The notes: generated by a model not told the origin, from the sequence alone. 29,449 nucleotides of DNA from Chloroflexia bacterium (GCA_013698495.1 JACCUV010000164.1:1-29449), one strand, 5' to 3'; shown: positions 6,728 to 15,435, counted from the stretch's first letter. Program-made: numbers and translations.

Positions 6728-8641
6728 CTACTCGCCGATCAAGATGATCGTGCTCGTGCCGCTTGTCTCGCCATCGCTGAATGTCACCGAACCGACGGAC
6801 AAGACATTGACGTCCCCGATTCCCGAACTCTCGACGACAGGCGTCGCGCCCGTTCCGAAAAAGTCCTCGCAGGCTTCGCCGTCGAAGTCGTTGTCAAGAT
6901 TGAAGTTCGTGAATTGATCCTCGTCGTACGCTGCCTGGGCTTCTTCCTGAGTTGCGTAGTTGCCGCAATCTGGATCGTTGTCAGGGATCGTCGAGAAGGA
7001 AAATGCGTCGATGGCATCCTCGATCAACGGCAGCAGGTTCTGCACATTGAGGTAAATCAGGGACGAATAGTCGGAAGGCAGTTCGGACAATGTGTCGCGG
7101 AACGTGGCATCGTCGGTCAGCGCGTCGACTCCACCGCTGATAAAGATGTCGAGTCCCTGGTTGAACCCGATCAGAAGCTGATTGTTGACGACGCCGAATT
7201 CCACGGTCAGCACAAAGCCACCTTCGGAGGAAGTGACGGTCGTAACGTCGGAGCCATCCACCTGTCGGGACGAAAGCTCGATCGTGTCGTCCGGTTGAGA
7301 TGCGATCATGTTTGTGATCGTCGCCATTACGCCTTCAACCGTCTCGCCGTCATTGAGTTCCGTGACGAAGATGAAGTCGGTCACCGGTTCGACGCCGATG
7401 ACGTCGGAGAACGTGCCCGCCATACCCCACTCGCCAACCATCTGGTCCAGCAGGTCTGTCTTGAGATTGAATCCGAACAGCGCCTCGGTCTCGGCGAAGA
7501 GGTCGTCGGCGTAGCTCTCGGGATTGGCAATTGGCGTCGCCATCGCGAGCGGATCGATGCCAAGTAGCGCCTGGGCGGCAACGATCGCCAGCGCGTCGAG
7601 CGTTTGATTTTGGTCGAGGTCGACACCCCCGGCGTAGAAGAGCGAATCGGCCGAAACGTCGGACGCAAGAGCGGCCTCGAACTCCGCTGCCTCGGGAACC
7701 GAGTCGCTGTCTGCGGGGACGGCAACCGAATCGAGCCGGAATCCGGCGTCGTCAGCCCAGAACGCGAATCCCTGATGCGCGCTCAGCGACGAAACCAATT
7801 CCGGGGCAGAGCCGGCGAGCGCCCCCGGGTCCTGCTCGTTGAACGCCTCGAGCAACGCCGGACCGTTAACATAGCCCGCCAGTACAACGTCAGCCTCGAG
7901 TCGCCCGCGCACGTCGGTATACGGTTCGTGTCCCGAAAGTGGGTCGAGGTCGCCCTCAACCGTGTCGATCACCGGCTCGATGTCTTCAGGCATGGTGGCG
8001 ACAACGATGACGTCGTCGACGACCGCCATCGACGCGCCCGTATCGAATTCGTCGATGGGCGGCACGGTCAGGATGTTATAACCGTTGTATTCGGATTCAA
8101 TCGCTGTTGCCGATTCGTCGCCGAACATCTCGTCCATAACGAAATCAAATGACGCGTCGACGTTGGTCGGCCTCAGCACAATCGCCCAACCATCGGGAAC
8201 TTCCGTGTTGGAGATACCAGGGGTCATGCTGGCATCGGACGCTTCGAGGAATATCTCGTCGAGCGTGAGACCTTCTTCGATCGGCAATTCGGCAAGGAAG
8301 AATCCGGCCTCGCCATCGACAAAGTCTTCAAAGTCCTCGGGAACGTCTGTCCCGAAATCAGCCAGATCGCCCTCTTCGATAAGCGCTTCGAGATTGGCGC
8401 GTTCAAGCAGCTCAAGCGCCAACACAAACTGGTCGGATGCGGGATCGAGCTTGGACTCCCCGTAGAAAAGCGCGGTCTCGGGGATATAGTCGGCAATACC
8501 AGAGTTCGTCTGGGCGACTGCCGGAATCGTCAACGATACCGACGAAACCATGGCGCCCGCGATCAGCAGGGCCGACATGATTGCACGCGCGTGATTCAGA
8601 CCTGGGCGTTTCAACTCGCTCAACATGGACACTCGACTCAA
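6728..8641 (-). CDS. Exported, very acidic DUF3352-like protein with two internal repeats and an Excalibur Ca2+-binding insert
   Basis: Sec-type signal ending IPAVA-Q. Repeat starts IADYIPETALFYG and LASDVSADSLFYA. Excalibur-like segment C-x-YATQEEAQ...LDNDFDGEACE at 6866-6970. TTG 8641 is preferred because SD AAAGGA lies upstream, but the start is uncertain. The DUF3352 call is by resemblance only. Confidence 0.7.
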   Translation of the reverse strand: MSRVSMLSELKRPGLNHARAIMSALLIAGAMVSSVSLTIPAVAQTNSGIADYIPETALFYGESKLDPASDQFVLALELLERANLEALIEEGDLADFGTDVPEDFEDFVDGEAGFFLAELPIEEGLTLDEIFLEASDASMTPGISNTEVPDGWAIVLRPTNVDASFDFVMDEMFGDESATAIESEYNGYNILTVPPIDEFDTGASMAVVDDVIVVATMPEDIEPVIDTVEGDLDPLSGHEPYTDVRGRLEADVVLAGYVNGPALLEAFNEQDPGALAGSAPELVSSLSAHQGFAFWADDAGFRLDSVAVPADSDSVPEAAEFEAALASDVSADSLFYAGGVDLDQNQTLDALAIVAAQALLGIDPLAMATPIANPESYADDLFAETEALFGFNLKTDLLDQMVGEWGMAGTFSDVIGVEPVTDFIFVTELNDGETVEGVMATITNMIASQPDDTIELSSRQVDGSDVTTVTSSEGGFVLTVEFGVVNNQLLIGFNQGLDIFISGGVDALTDDATFRDTLSELPSDYSSLIYLNVQNLLPLIEDAIDAFSFSTIPDNDPDCGNYATQEEAQAAYDEDQFTNFNLDNDFDGEACEDFFGTGATPVVESSGIGDVNVLSVGSVTFSDGETSGTSTIILIGE

Positions 8642-8805
8642 GACGGTCTTCCTTTCGATCTGTGAACTCGTTGCATTCGACACCCGCGCCTGCGGGGAAA
8701 CGTGCATCGGTTCTTGTTCCACTCAATGCCGCCTGGGCAAGTGTGACTTCTCCGAGGATTACGCTGCTTTTGGCCGAATCGTTCCGCTACCGGCGCCCCG
8801 TGAGG

Positions 8806-8940
8806 TCAATCCTGAATGCGGCGATCGATTCCAGTTGCGATACCGAACACGATCATGAACATGCCCGCGAGGACGACTATCACGACCACAACGAAGCCCA
8901 TCATCAGCGCGGACTTCAGCAGACCGATCAGAATATCCAC
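8806..8940 (-). CDS. 44-aa single-pass membrane protein (MDILIGLLKSALMMGFVVVVIVVLAGMFMIVFGIATGIDRRIQD)
   Basis: GTG start with SD AAGGAG (8951-8956) 10 nt upstream. One long hydrophobic segment, charged C-terminus and GC-rich third positions. It fills an otherwise empty gap. Confidence 0.7.
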   Translation of the reverse strand: MDILIGLLKSALMMGFVVVVIVVLAGMFMIVFGIATGIDRRIQD

Positions 8941-9033
8941 CGGTTTCGGACTCCTTGCCAGACGCCAGGTTCTACGATGCAACGATGCGGTGGCACGCAT
9001 GCCTGGCTCCGCCGAACGTTCACGTCACGTCGA

Positions 9034-9039
9034 AGTATA
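9034..9039 (-). promoter_or_regulatory. Candidate -10 element (TATACT) for the small membrane protein gene
   Basis: Near-consensus TATACT in the clpB downstream gap. No good -35. Confidence 0.4.
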
Positions 9040-9080
9040 GCCAAAGCAGCGCCGGATACTCTCTTCCGCTGGACAACGCA

Positions 9081-11690
9081 CTATGCGACAACCGGAGCCG
9101 CGCTCAGGGTTCCCTCAATGGTGAAGGCGCCATCGCGCACATCGACCACAACTTCCTCGCCATCCCGAATATCGCCTGCGAGCAACTTCAGGGCCAACGG
9201 ATCGAGAATATGCTTGTGGACGATGCGCTTGAGTGGTCTCGCCCCGAACGTTGGATCGTATCCCAATGTGGCGACCAGCGAACGAGCAGCATCGGTGATT
9301 GTGAGATCGATGTCCCGGTCGGTGAGTCGCTTCGCCACAAGCCCGAGTTGGATCTCAACGATCTCGCCAATCTCCACTTTGCTGAGTGGTTTGAAGATGA
9401 TTGTCTCGTCGATCCGGTTCAGGAACTCCGGCCGGAAATTGGCTCGCAGCGCCTCCATCACCTGACTTCGCATCTCGTCGTCCTGGCCCTGGGCCGTCGA
9501 AGCCATGTAGGTCGAGCCAAGGTTGCTGGTCATGATGATCACCGTATTCCTGAAATCGACCGTGCGTCCCTGGCTATCGGTGAGTCGCCCGTCGTCCAGC
9601 ACCTGGAGCAGGATGTTGAAGACTTCCGGATGCGCTTTTTCGACTTCGTCGAACAAGACCACGCTGTAGGGGCGACGACGGACCGCTTCCGAGAGTTGAC
9701 CGCCCTGCTCGTAACCGACGTATCCGGGAGGGGCGCCGATCAGGCGGCTGACCGCGTGACGCTCCATATACTCCGACATGTCAATTCGAATCATTGCCTG
9801 ATCCGAATCGAACAGGAACTCCGCCAGGGCTCGCGCGAGTTCGGTCTTGCCGACCCCGGTGGGACCCAGGAAAATGAAACTCCCTTGCGGGCGATGCGGA
9901 TCGGCGAGACCGGCGCGTGACCGCCGGATCGCGTTGGCGACGGCCGATATCGCCTCGTCCTGACCGACCACACGATCGTGCAGGCGCTCCTCCATGCGTA
10001 CGAGTTTTTCGATTTCGCCCTCCAGCAGGCGGGAAATGGGTATACCTGTCCACCGGCCGACGACATCGGCGATATCGTCTGCGTCGACTTCCTCCTTGAG
10101 GAGTTTGCCGGTGGCCTGAAGTCTCGCCAGTCCTTGTTCCTCGATCTGAATTTGCTGGTCGAGGTCCTTCAGGGTGCCGTACTGCAGTTCGGCTGCCTTG
10201 TTGTAGTCGTACGCGCGTTGGGCCTGCTCCATATCGACTCGCGTGCGGTCCATTTCATCGCGCAGTTCGGAGATGGCCATTATCGCCTGGCGCTCCTGGT
10301 CCCACTTCGAGCGCAGAGCATCTCGCTCTTCCTTAAAGTTCGCGAGGTCGTGCTCGAGCACAGCGAGTCGTCGCTGGGACGCTTCGTCGGTCTCCTTGCG
10401 CAGCGCCTCGCGTTCAATTTCGAGTTGCATTAGCCGGCGTTCGGCCTCGTCGAGTTCGACCGGCATCGACGTGATTTCCATCCTCAATTTCGATGCCGCC
10501 TCATCGACGAGGTCAATCGCCTTGTCTGGCAGGAAGCGGTCCGAGATGTAACGCTCTGAGAGTGTTGCGGCCGCAACCAGCGCGCTGTCGAGAATCTTCA
10601 CCTTGTGATGCACTTCATATCGTTCCCGCAATCCGCGCAGGATCGAAATGGTGTCGGCGACAGTGGGCTCGCCGATGAGCACGGGCTGGAAGCGCCGTTC
10701 CAGCGCCGCATCCTTCTCGATGTACTTGCGATATTCGTCGAGCGTGGTCGCGCCGATGGTATGCAGTTCACCACGCGCGAGCATCGGCTTGAGCATGTTG
10801 GAGGCGTCCATCGACCCTTCGGCGGCGCCGGCTCCCACAACTGTATGAAGTTCGTCGATGAAAAGCACGACCTGCCCTTCGGACGCCGAAATTTCTTTGA
10901 GAACCGCTTTGAGCCGTTCCTCGAACTCGCCTCGAAACTTTGCTCCGGCGATCAGCGAGCCGAGATCGAGCGCGACAATCCGCTTCTCGCGCAGTCCTTC
11001 CGGCACATCGCCGCGGACGATTCGCTGCGCCAAACCTTCGGCGATCGCGGTTTTGCCGACACCCGGTTCGCCGATCAACACTGGATTGTTCTTGGTGCGG
11101 CGGGAGAGCACCTGGATTACCCGTCGAATCTCTTCATCTCGGCCGACGACGGGGTCGAGCTTGCCATTTCGCGCCAGGTCGGTCAGGTCGCTGCCGTACT
11201 TCTCGAGTGCCTCGTACTTGGCTTCCGGGTTCTGATCGGTCACGCGTTGGTTTCCACGAATTTCGGCGAGCGCGCCATAGACGCGATCCTTGGTCGCCCC
11301 AAGTCTCCGGAGCAACGATTCGGCGGGGGATCGCTGGACGGAGAGGATGCCGAGCAGGAGATGCTCCGCGGACACGAATTCATCGCCAAATGTGGCCGCC
11401 TCCGTTTCCGCATGTTGAAGCGCCTGGCGCAGGCCGGCGCCGATCACGGCGTCCGCGCTGAACTGTAGTTTCGGGGTTCGATCGATCAGGAGATCGGTTT
11501 CGCGCGCGACATCGTTGGGATCGATTCCAAGGCGCTGCAGTATCTGGGGCACGATCCCCTCCGGTTGCAACGCAAGCGCCTTCAAGAGAGCGTCCGGCTC
11601 GAACTGGGCGAGCTTGTTCTCCACCGTAATCTGCTGACCCGCTACAATCGCGTCGCGCGCCTTGTCTGTAAAGCGCTGATTGGATGCCAT
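9081..11690 (-). CDS. clpB: ATP-dependent disaggregase ClpB
   Basis: Clp N-domain, Walker A motifs GEPGVGKT and GPTGVGKT, Walker B LFIDE, long coiled-coil M-domain, GYVGY pore loop, and no IGF/LGF ClpP-docking loop. SD GGAGG. Confidence 0.97.
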   Translation of the reverse strand: MASNQRFTDKARDAIVAGQQITVENKLAQFEPDALLKALALQPEGIVPQILQRLGIDPNDVARETDLLIDRTPKLQFSADAVIGAGLRQALQHAETEAATFGDEFVSAEHLLLGILSVQRSPAESLLRRLGATKDRVYGALAEIRGNQRVTDQNPEAKYEALEKYGSDLTDLARNGKLDPVVGRDEEIRRVIQVLSRRTKNNPVLIGEPGVGKTAIAEGLAQRIVRGDVPEGLREKRIVALDLGSLIAGAKFRGEFEERLKAVLKEISASEGQVVLFIDELHTVVGAGAAEGSMDASNMLKPMLARGELHTIGATTLDEYRKYIEKDAALERRFQPVLIGEPTVADTISILRGLRERYEVHHKVKILDSALVAAATLSERYISDRFLPDKAIDLVDEAASKLRMEITSMPVELDEAERRLMQLEIEREALRKETDEASQRRLAVLEHDLANFKEERDALRSKWDQERQAIMAISELRDEMDRTRVDMEQAQRAYDYNKAAELQYGTLKDLDQQIQIEEQGLARLQATGKLLKEEVDADDIADVVGRWTGIPISRLLEGEIEKLVRMEERLHDRVVGQDEAISAVANAIRRSRAGLADPHRPQGSFIFLGPTGVGKTELARALAEFLFDSDQAMIRIDMSEYMERHAVSRLIGAPPGYVGYEQGGQLSEAVRRRPYSVVLFDEVEKAHPEVFNILLQVLDDGRLTDSQGRTVDFRNTVIIMTSNLGSTYMASTAQGQDDEMRSQVMEALRANFRPEFLNRIDETIIFKPLSKVEIGEIVEIQLGLVAKRLTDRDIDLTITDAARSLVATLGYDPTFGARPLKRIVHKHILDPLALKLLAGDIRDGEEVVVDVRDGAFTIEGTLSAAPVVA

Positions 11691-11719
11691 TCAGCATTGC
11701 CTCCACAACAGTATGGTTG

Positions 11720-12163
11720 TCATTCGATGGGGCGGTGGCCCCGATGCTCAGCGGGACGTGCCTGAGATGCCTGGCGATTCCTTGGCCCGTCGCCGTGAAA
11801 GTGGGACCTGACTTGCGACTCGTCGACGAAACCGAGGCGTCGCAACAGATCGTCGATTTCCGCGACTTCCCTGGACTTTCGGTCCGTGGCGCCGAGGCGC
11901 TGCGCACGGATCGCCTGCAATTGCCGGGTCAGTTCCAGCGCCAATTGCACGCCCGCCAGGTTCAACCCGCGCTGTTCGACAAGGTATTTCACTTGACGAA
12001 GTTGCTCAATGTCGCTATCAGAATACAAGCGCAGGTTGCCGGATGTGCGAGAGGGGGCAACCAGGCCCTCGCGCTCGTATTTGCGTAGGGTTTGGGGGTG
12101 CATTTCAACAAGTCGGGCCGCGACGCTGATAACGAAAAGTGGTTCCGAGAATCGGGTAGTCAT
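11720..12163 (-). CDS. hspR: MerR-family heat-shock repressor HspR
   Basis: VISVAARLVEMHPQTLRKYEREGLVAPSRTSGNLRLYS and GLNLAGV match the HspR signature. It lies directly upstream of clpB and has SD GGAGG. Confidence 0.88.
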   Translation of the reverse strand: MTTRFSEPLFVISVAARLVEMHPQTLRKYEREGLVAPSRTSGNLRLYSDSDIEQLRQVKYLVEQRGLNLAGVQLALELTRQLQAIRAQRLGATDRKSREVAEIDDLLRRLGFVDESQVRSHFHGDGPRNRQASQARPAEHRGHRPIE

Positions 12164-12195
12164 ACTTTGGGCCTCCAGAATGCGTTGACTCGTGA

Positions 12196-12224
12196 ATGAT
12201 AATTCTTGACACAGATCGTGTCAA
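12196..12224 (-). promoter_or_regulatory. sigma70-type promoter of hspR-clpB
   Basis: Minus strand: TTGACA (12224-12219), a 17-nt spacer, then TATCAT (12201-12196). Confidence 0.8.
12206..12224. promoter_or_regulatory. Variant HAIR operator (HspR-binding inverted repeat)
   Basis: Perfect inverted repeat TTGACAC-AGATC-GTGTCAA. It has the same TTGA-N11-TCAA geometry as the canonical HAIR CTTGAGT-N7-ACTCAAG and overlaps the -35 and spacer. Confidence 0.72.
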
Positions 12225-12247
12225 TGTTGAACGGTAAGGAGAGTCTT

Positions 12248-12928
12248 GTGGTCAGAATCTATGCACATCGCGGCGCCTCGGCCGACTTTCCGGAAAACAC
12301 CATTCCCGCATTCGCGCGGGCAGTGGAACTTGGCGCCTTTGGGATTGAGTTGGACGTTCACCTCTCGCGGGATGGTGTTCCCGTCGCGATTCACGACGAG
12401 TCCGTAGATCGCACCACGAACGGCTCGGGTTTGGTGGCTGACCTGGATCTCGCCGACTTGCAAAAACTCGACGCCGGAGACCGCGCGACCATCCCCACGT
12501 TGGCCGAGGTGCTGGATTTGACGGAGGAACACCTTCATGTCGACATCGAAGTCAAGGCCGCCGAGGCCGCCGACGCTGTGCTGAGCGAAACGGCCAGGCG
12601 GCCGAATCTTCGGTTTGCGATTTCGTCATTCAATCACGATGTGTTGCGCCATGTCAGACGAAGTTCTTCAAGCATCGAACTTTGGCCGCTCACCCACGCT
12701 GTATCTGACGACGTGCTGGAAACCGCCACCGAATTGGGATCGCCGCTGATTGCCCCCAGCGACAGATTCATGAACCGCGAAATTATCGAGCACATCAGTG
12801 ACAACGGGCTTGGGTGCTGGGTGTGGACGGTCAATCACCCGACTCGGGCCGAGGCGTTGATCGCGTTCGGCGTCGTCGGATTGTGCACGGACGATCCCGC
12901 CGCATTAATTCATCTGCAGCGACCCTGA
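12248..12928 (+). CDS. Glycerophosphodiester phosphodiesterase (GDPD, UgpQ/GlpQ-like, cytoplasmic)
   Basis: Motifs IYAHRGAS---PENT--AF, IELDVHLSRDG-PV-IHD, DIEVK, and WTVN. GTG 12248 has SD AAGGAG. Confidence 0.92.
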   Translation: MVRIYAHRGASADFPENTIPAFARAVELGAFGIELDVHLSRDGVPVAIHDESVDRTTNGSGLVADLDLADLQKLDAGDRATIPTLAEVLDLTEEHLHVDIEVKAAEAADAVLSETARRPNLRFAISSFNHDVLRHVRRSSSSIELWPLTHAVSDDVLETATELGSPLIAPSDRFMNREIIEHISDNGLGCWVWTVNHPTRAEALIAFGVVGLCTDDPAALIHLQRP

Positions 12929-13065
12929 CAGGGACATTCCAGATGTTCCTTGAGGGATGCGAGCGCGTACGGGATACTTGACTTTAGCGACGCATCGTTC
13001 CTCCTCCAGGACAGGTGGCAAATCCTCACTACGTCGATCGGATTCTGGATGCAGGACGGGTAAAC

Positions 13066-13707
13066 ATGGCGAACCTGATCACCGTGAGCCGGCTGATCGT
13101 GCTCTTCATCGTGATCTGGATGATGTACGTCGGCAATGTGCAGGTTCTGGAGGCGTGCATGCTGCTGGTGATCGTCGTTTTTGCGAGCGATGGCCTGGAC
13201 GGTTGGGTCGCGCGCAAGCGAGGCTCAACCTCGTCGTTCGGAGCGGTCTTCGACATAGCAGGCGATCGGGTTGTCGAGAACGCGCTCTGGATCGTGTTTG
13301 CCGATTTGGACCTGATTCCGGTCTGGGTGCCACTGATGGTTGTGACCAGGGGCTTCCTGGTCGACGGGTTGAGATCGTTGTCGCTCATGCAAGGGATGAC
13401 CGCCTTCGGTGAACACAACATGATGCAGTCGTCATTCAGCGCTTGGCTCACCGCCGGACGATTCATGCGGGCGGTTTTTGGATGGGCGAAGGCGGCCGGT
13501 TTCGTGTTCCTGACGGGTCTCGTTGCCTGGAGAATGCCGGACGCCTCTGGCACGATCATCGGGTCGATGTACGCGACCGAAGCGTTCCGGTGGTTTGGCT
13601 GGACGTTGGTCTGGCTGGCGGTGGCGCTAACGGTTATCCGGGCGCTCCCGGTTTTCGTGGATTCGATCGGGTTCATCAAGAAGATGGATGAATCCGTCGA
13701 TGGATAA
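13066..13707 (+). CDS. CDP-alcohol phosphatidyltransferase (PgsA/PIP-synthase family)
   Basis: ANLIT-SR start, the signature DGLDGWVARKRG---SFGAVFDIAGD (DxxDGxxAR...GxxxDxxxD), and multiple TM helices. GTG 13015 is an alternative start. Confidence 0.88.
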   Translation: MANLITVSRLIVLFIVIWMMYVGNVQVLEACMLLVIVVFASDGLDGWVARKRGSTSSFGAVFDIAGDRVVENALWIVFADLDLIPVWVPLMVVTRGFLVDGLRSLSLMQGMTAFGEHNMMQSSFSAWLTAGRFMRAVFGWAKAAGFVFLTGLVAWRMPDASGTIIGSMYATEAFRWFGWTLVWLAVALTVIRALPVFVDSIGFIKKMDESVDG

Positions 13708-13802
13708 CCGGGTTCGCCAGCCGCAAGCGGTGTCAATCCAATGACAGGGTATGGCGGCGATGTCGTTGTCGATGGTCGTGCTCAGACCTTGCGGGCGTCG
13801 AC

Positions 13803-14912
13803 GTGAGTTCGGAGAGCGGACCCAGGAAGCGAACGCCATTATTCAAGCGGGAAGAGCGCCACGAATTTCGCTACCAGTTGAGCGTGTTCCTGGCCGAGCT
13901 GTTCTCGTGGATATTCTGGTTGATCCCCAAACCGATTCGCTATCTGTTGGCCGATCGTGCGGGCGACATATTCCGACGAGCGACCAACACGTACCGTGAC
14001 AATGTCGAGGCCAACGTCGCCCAGGTGCTCGGACTCACCACCGAGTCCGCGGAAGTGCGAGCGGCCGTGAAGTCGATTTTTCACACCAGCTCGAGGAATT
14101 TCACGGACCTGATCACCACGCCGCGTCAGTCGAGCAACTCGTTGGTGGAGTCTTTGAAGGTGCGACACGGGCACTGGGTAATCGTCGACGATGCCCTGGC
14201 GCAAGGCAAGGGCGTAATCCTCGTTTCGGGCCATCTGGGATCGTTCGATCAGGTGGGGCAGGTGTTTTGGGCGCGAGGTTACAAGCTCACGATCGTCACT
14301 GGTAGAACCACATCGCGGTTCATCTTCGATGGCGTCACACATCTGCGGGGTTCACGCGGCGCCAAGCTGGTGGAACCCACACCGTCCGGCATTCGCCAGG
14401 TGATCCGGGCGTTGCGACAGGGGGAGGTGGCGGTGATCGTCGGCGACCGCGATCACTTCCAGAATGGCCGCGCCGTGGAGTTGTTTGGACGGACGACAAC
14501 GCTCCCGCCGGGAGCGATCAGGATTGCTCGAGACACGGGCGCGACGATTGTGCCGATTGCCCAGCGGCGCACCGGGCGAACGCATGAACTCGACATTCTG
14601 GAGCCATTTACAGTGCCCAGGACTGCCGATTTGGAAGCCGACATGGCAGCGGGGTTCGCGAACCTCCTGCCCCGGTTGGAGCACGCGATCAGGGAGTCCA
14701 TCAACCAATGGGTGATGTTTCAACGCGTGTGGCCAGAAACCCCGGCGCCAGCGCTGCGGGTCTTCCCGGTTGGGTCGCCGCTCGAGAGTGAGCTGCTTGA
14801 GAAAGTTGCCCAGGCGCTTCCCGAGCGTTCGCCGAATGGTCGAAAGTCGCTCGTCTCCCGGCGCAAAACCGACTCGGAGGAAGGGACAGACGATGATGCT
14901 CACGTTCCCTGA
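13803..14912 (+). CDS. Lysophospholipid/lipid acyltransferase of the HtrB/PatA (lipid A lauroyl- or PIM-acyltransferase) family
   Basis: GKGVILVSGHLGSFD (HxxxxD/E), IRQVIRALRQGEVAVIVGDRD, VELFG--TTLP-GA--IAR-TGA-IVP, and QWVMFQRVWP. Start uncertain because no SD is evident. Confidence 0.85.
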   Translation: MSSESGPRKRTPLFKREERHEFRYQLSVFLAELFSWIFWLIPKPIRYLLADRAGDIFRRATNTYRDNVEANVAQVLGLTTESAEVRAAVKSIFHTSSRNFTDLITTPRQSSNSLVESLKVRHGHWVIVDDALAQGKGVILVSGHLGSFDQVGQVFWARGYKLTIVTGRTTSRFIFDGVTHLRGSRGAKLVEPTPSGIRQVIRALRQGEVAVIVGDRDHFQNGRAVELFGRTTTLPPGAIRIARDTGATIVPIAQRRTGRTHELDILEPFTVPRTADLEADMAAGFANLLPRLEHAIRESINQWVMFQRVWPETPAPALRVFPVGSPLESELLEKVAQALPERSPNGRKSLVSRRKTDSEEGTDDDAHVP

Positions 14913-14943
14913 CCGACACGCGTTTGATCACGCCTGACGCGCC

Positions 14944-15435
14944 TTATCGGTAGTTTACGAATTGCAGAGCCACCGGAAAGTCTCCAGCCTTCAACATCTG
15001 GATCACGGCCTGCAAGTCATCGCGGTTTTTGGCCTGGACCCGAACCGCATCGCCCTGGATTTGGGGCGTCACCTTCTTGAATTCGTCGCGAATGGCCTTC
15101 GATAGCTTCTTCGCGACGTCATCGGGGATACCGGCTTTCAACTTGACGAGCTGGCGATATCGGGCTCCGGATGCGTCCTCCTCGTCCTGATAGTCGAGAA
15201 TTTTGAGGGAGAGCTTTCGGCTGAGCATCTTGGACTCAAGAATGTCCTTGACGGCGGAGAGGCTGTACTCGGACTCGGTATTAATCGTGATGTCGTTGTC
15301 TGTGAGGGTGAGCTCGGTCTTGGTATCCTTGAGGTCGTATCGGGTCCGAATCTCTCGTTCGGCCTGGTCGACGGCATTCTTCATTTCCTGATGATCGAAC
15401 TTTGAAACAATATCGAATGATGACGATGCAGCCAC
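14944..15435 (-). CDS. yajQ: YajQ-family nucleotide (c-di-GMP)-binding protein
   Basis: SFDIVS-FD-QE--NAVDQ--REI--RYDLK, QIQGD-VRV--K-RDDLQ, and LQF-NYR. 163 aa. Confidence 0.94.
   Translation of the reverse strand: MAASSSFDIVSKFDHQEMKNAVDQAEREIRTRYDLKDTKTELTLTDNDITINTESEYSLSAVKDILESKMLSRKLSLKILDYQDEEDASGARYRQLVKLKAGIPDDVAKKLSKAIRDEFKKVTPQIQGDAVRVQAKNRDDLQAVIQMLKAGDFPVALQFVNYR

Noticed and set aside
8955-11468. Long plus-strand ORFs (321, 151 and 287 aa) opposite clpB
   Set aside because: In-register antisense frames of a conserved chaperone gene, a well-known source of spurious hypothetical proteins.
11700-11720. Small ACAAC/GTTGT hairpin before the clpB SD as an RNA thermometer
   Set aside because: The stem is only about 5 bp and does not cover the GGAGG SD.
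13722-13753. TGTCA-N6-TGACA dyad and GGGTAT between the two lipid genes
   Set aside because: The 5-bp arms are in the opposite orientation to the HAIR variant, and no sigmaB/F-type -35 is at the right spacing.
14894-14938. Short ORF MMLTFPDRHAFDHA overlapping the acyltransferase end
   Set aside because: Only 14 codons and it runs into the converging yajQ end. Nothing suggests a pimA remnant.
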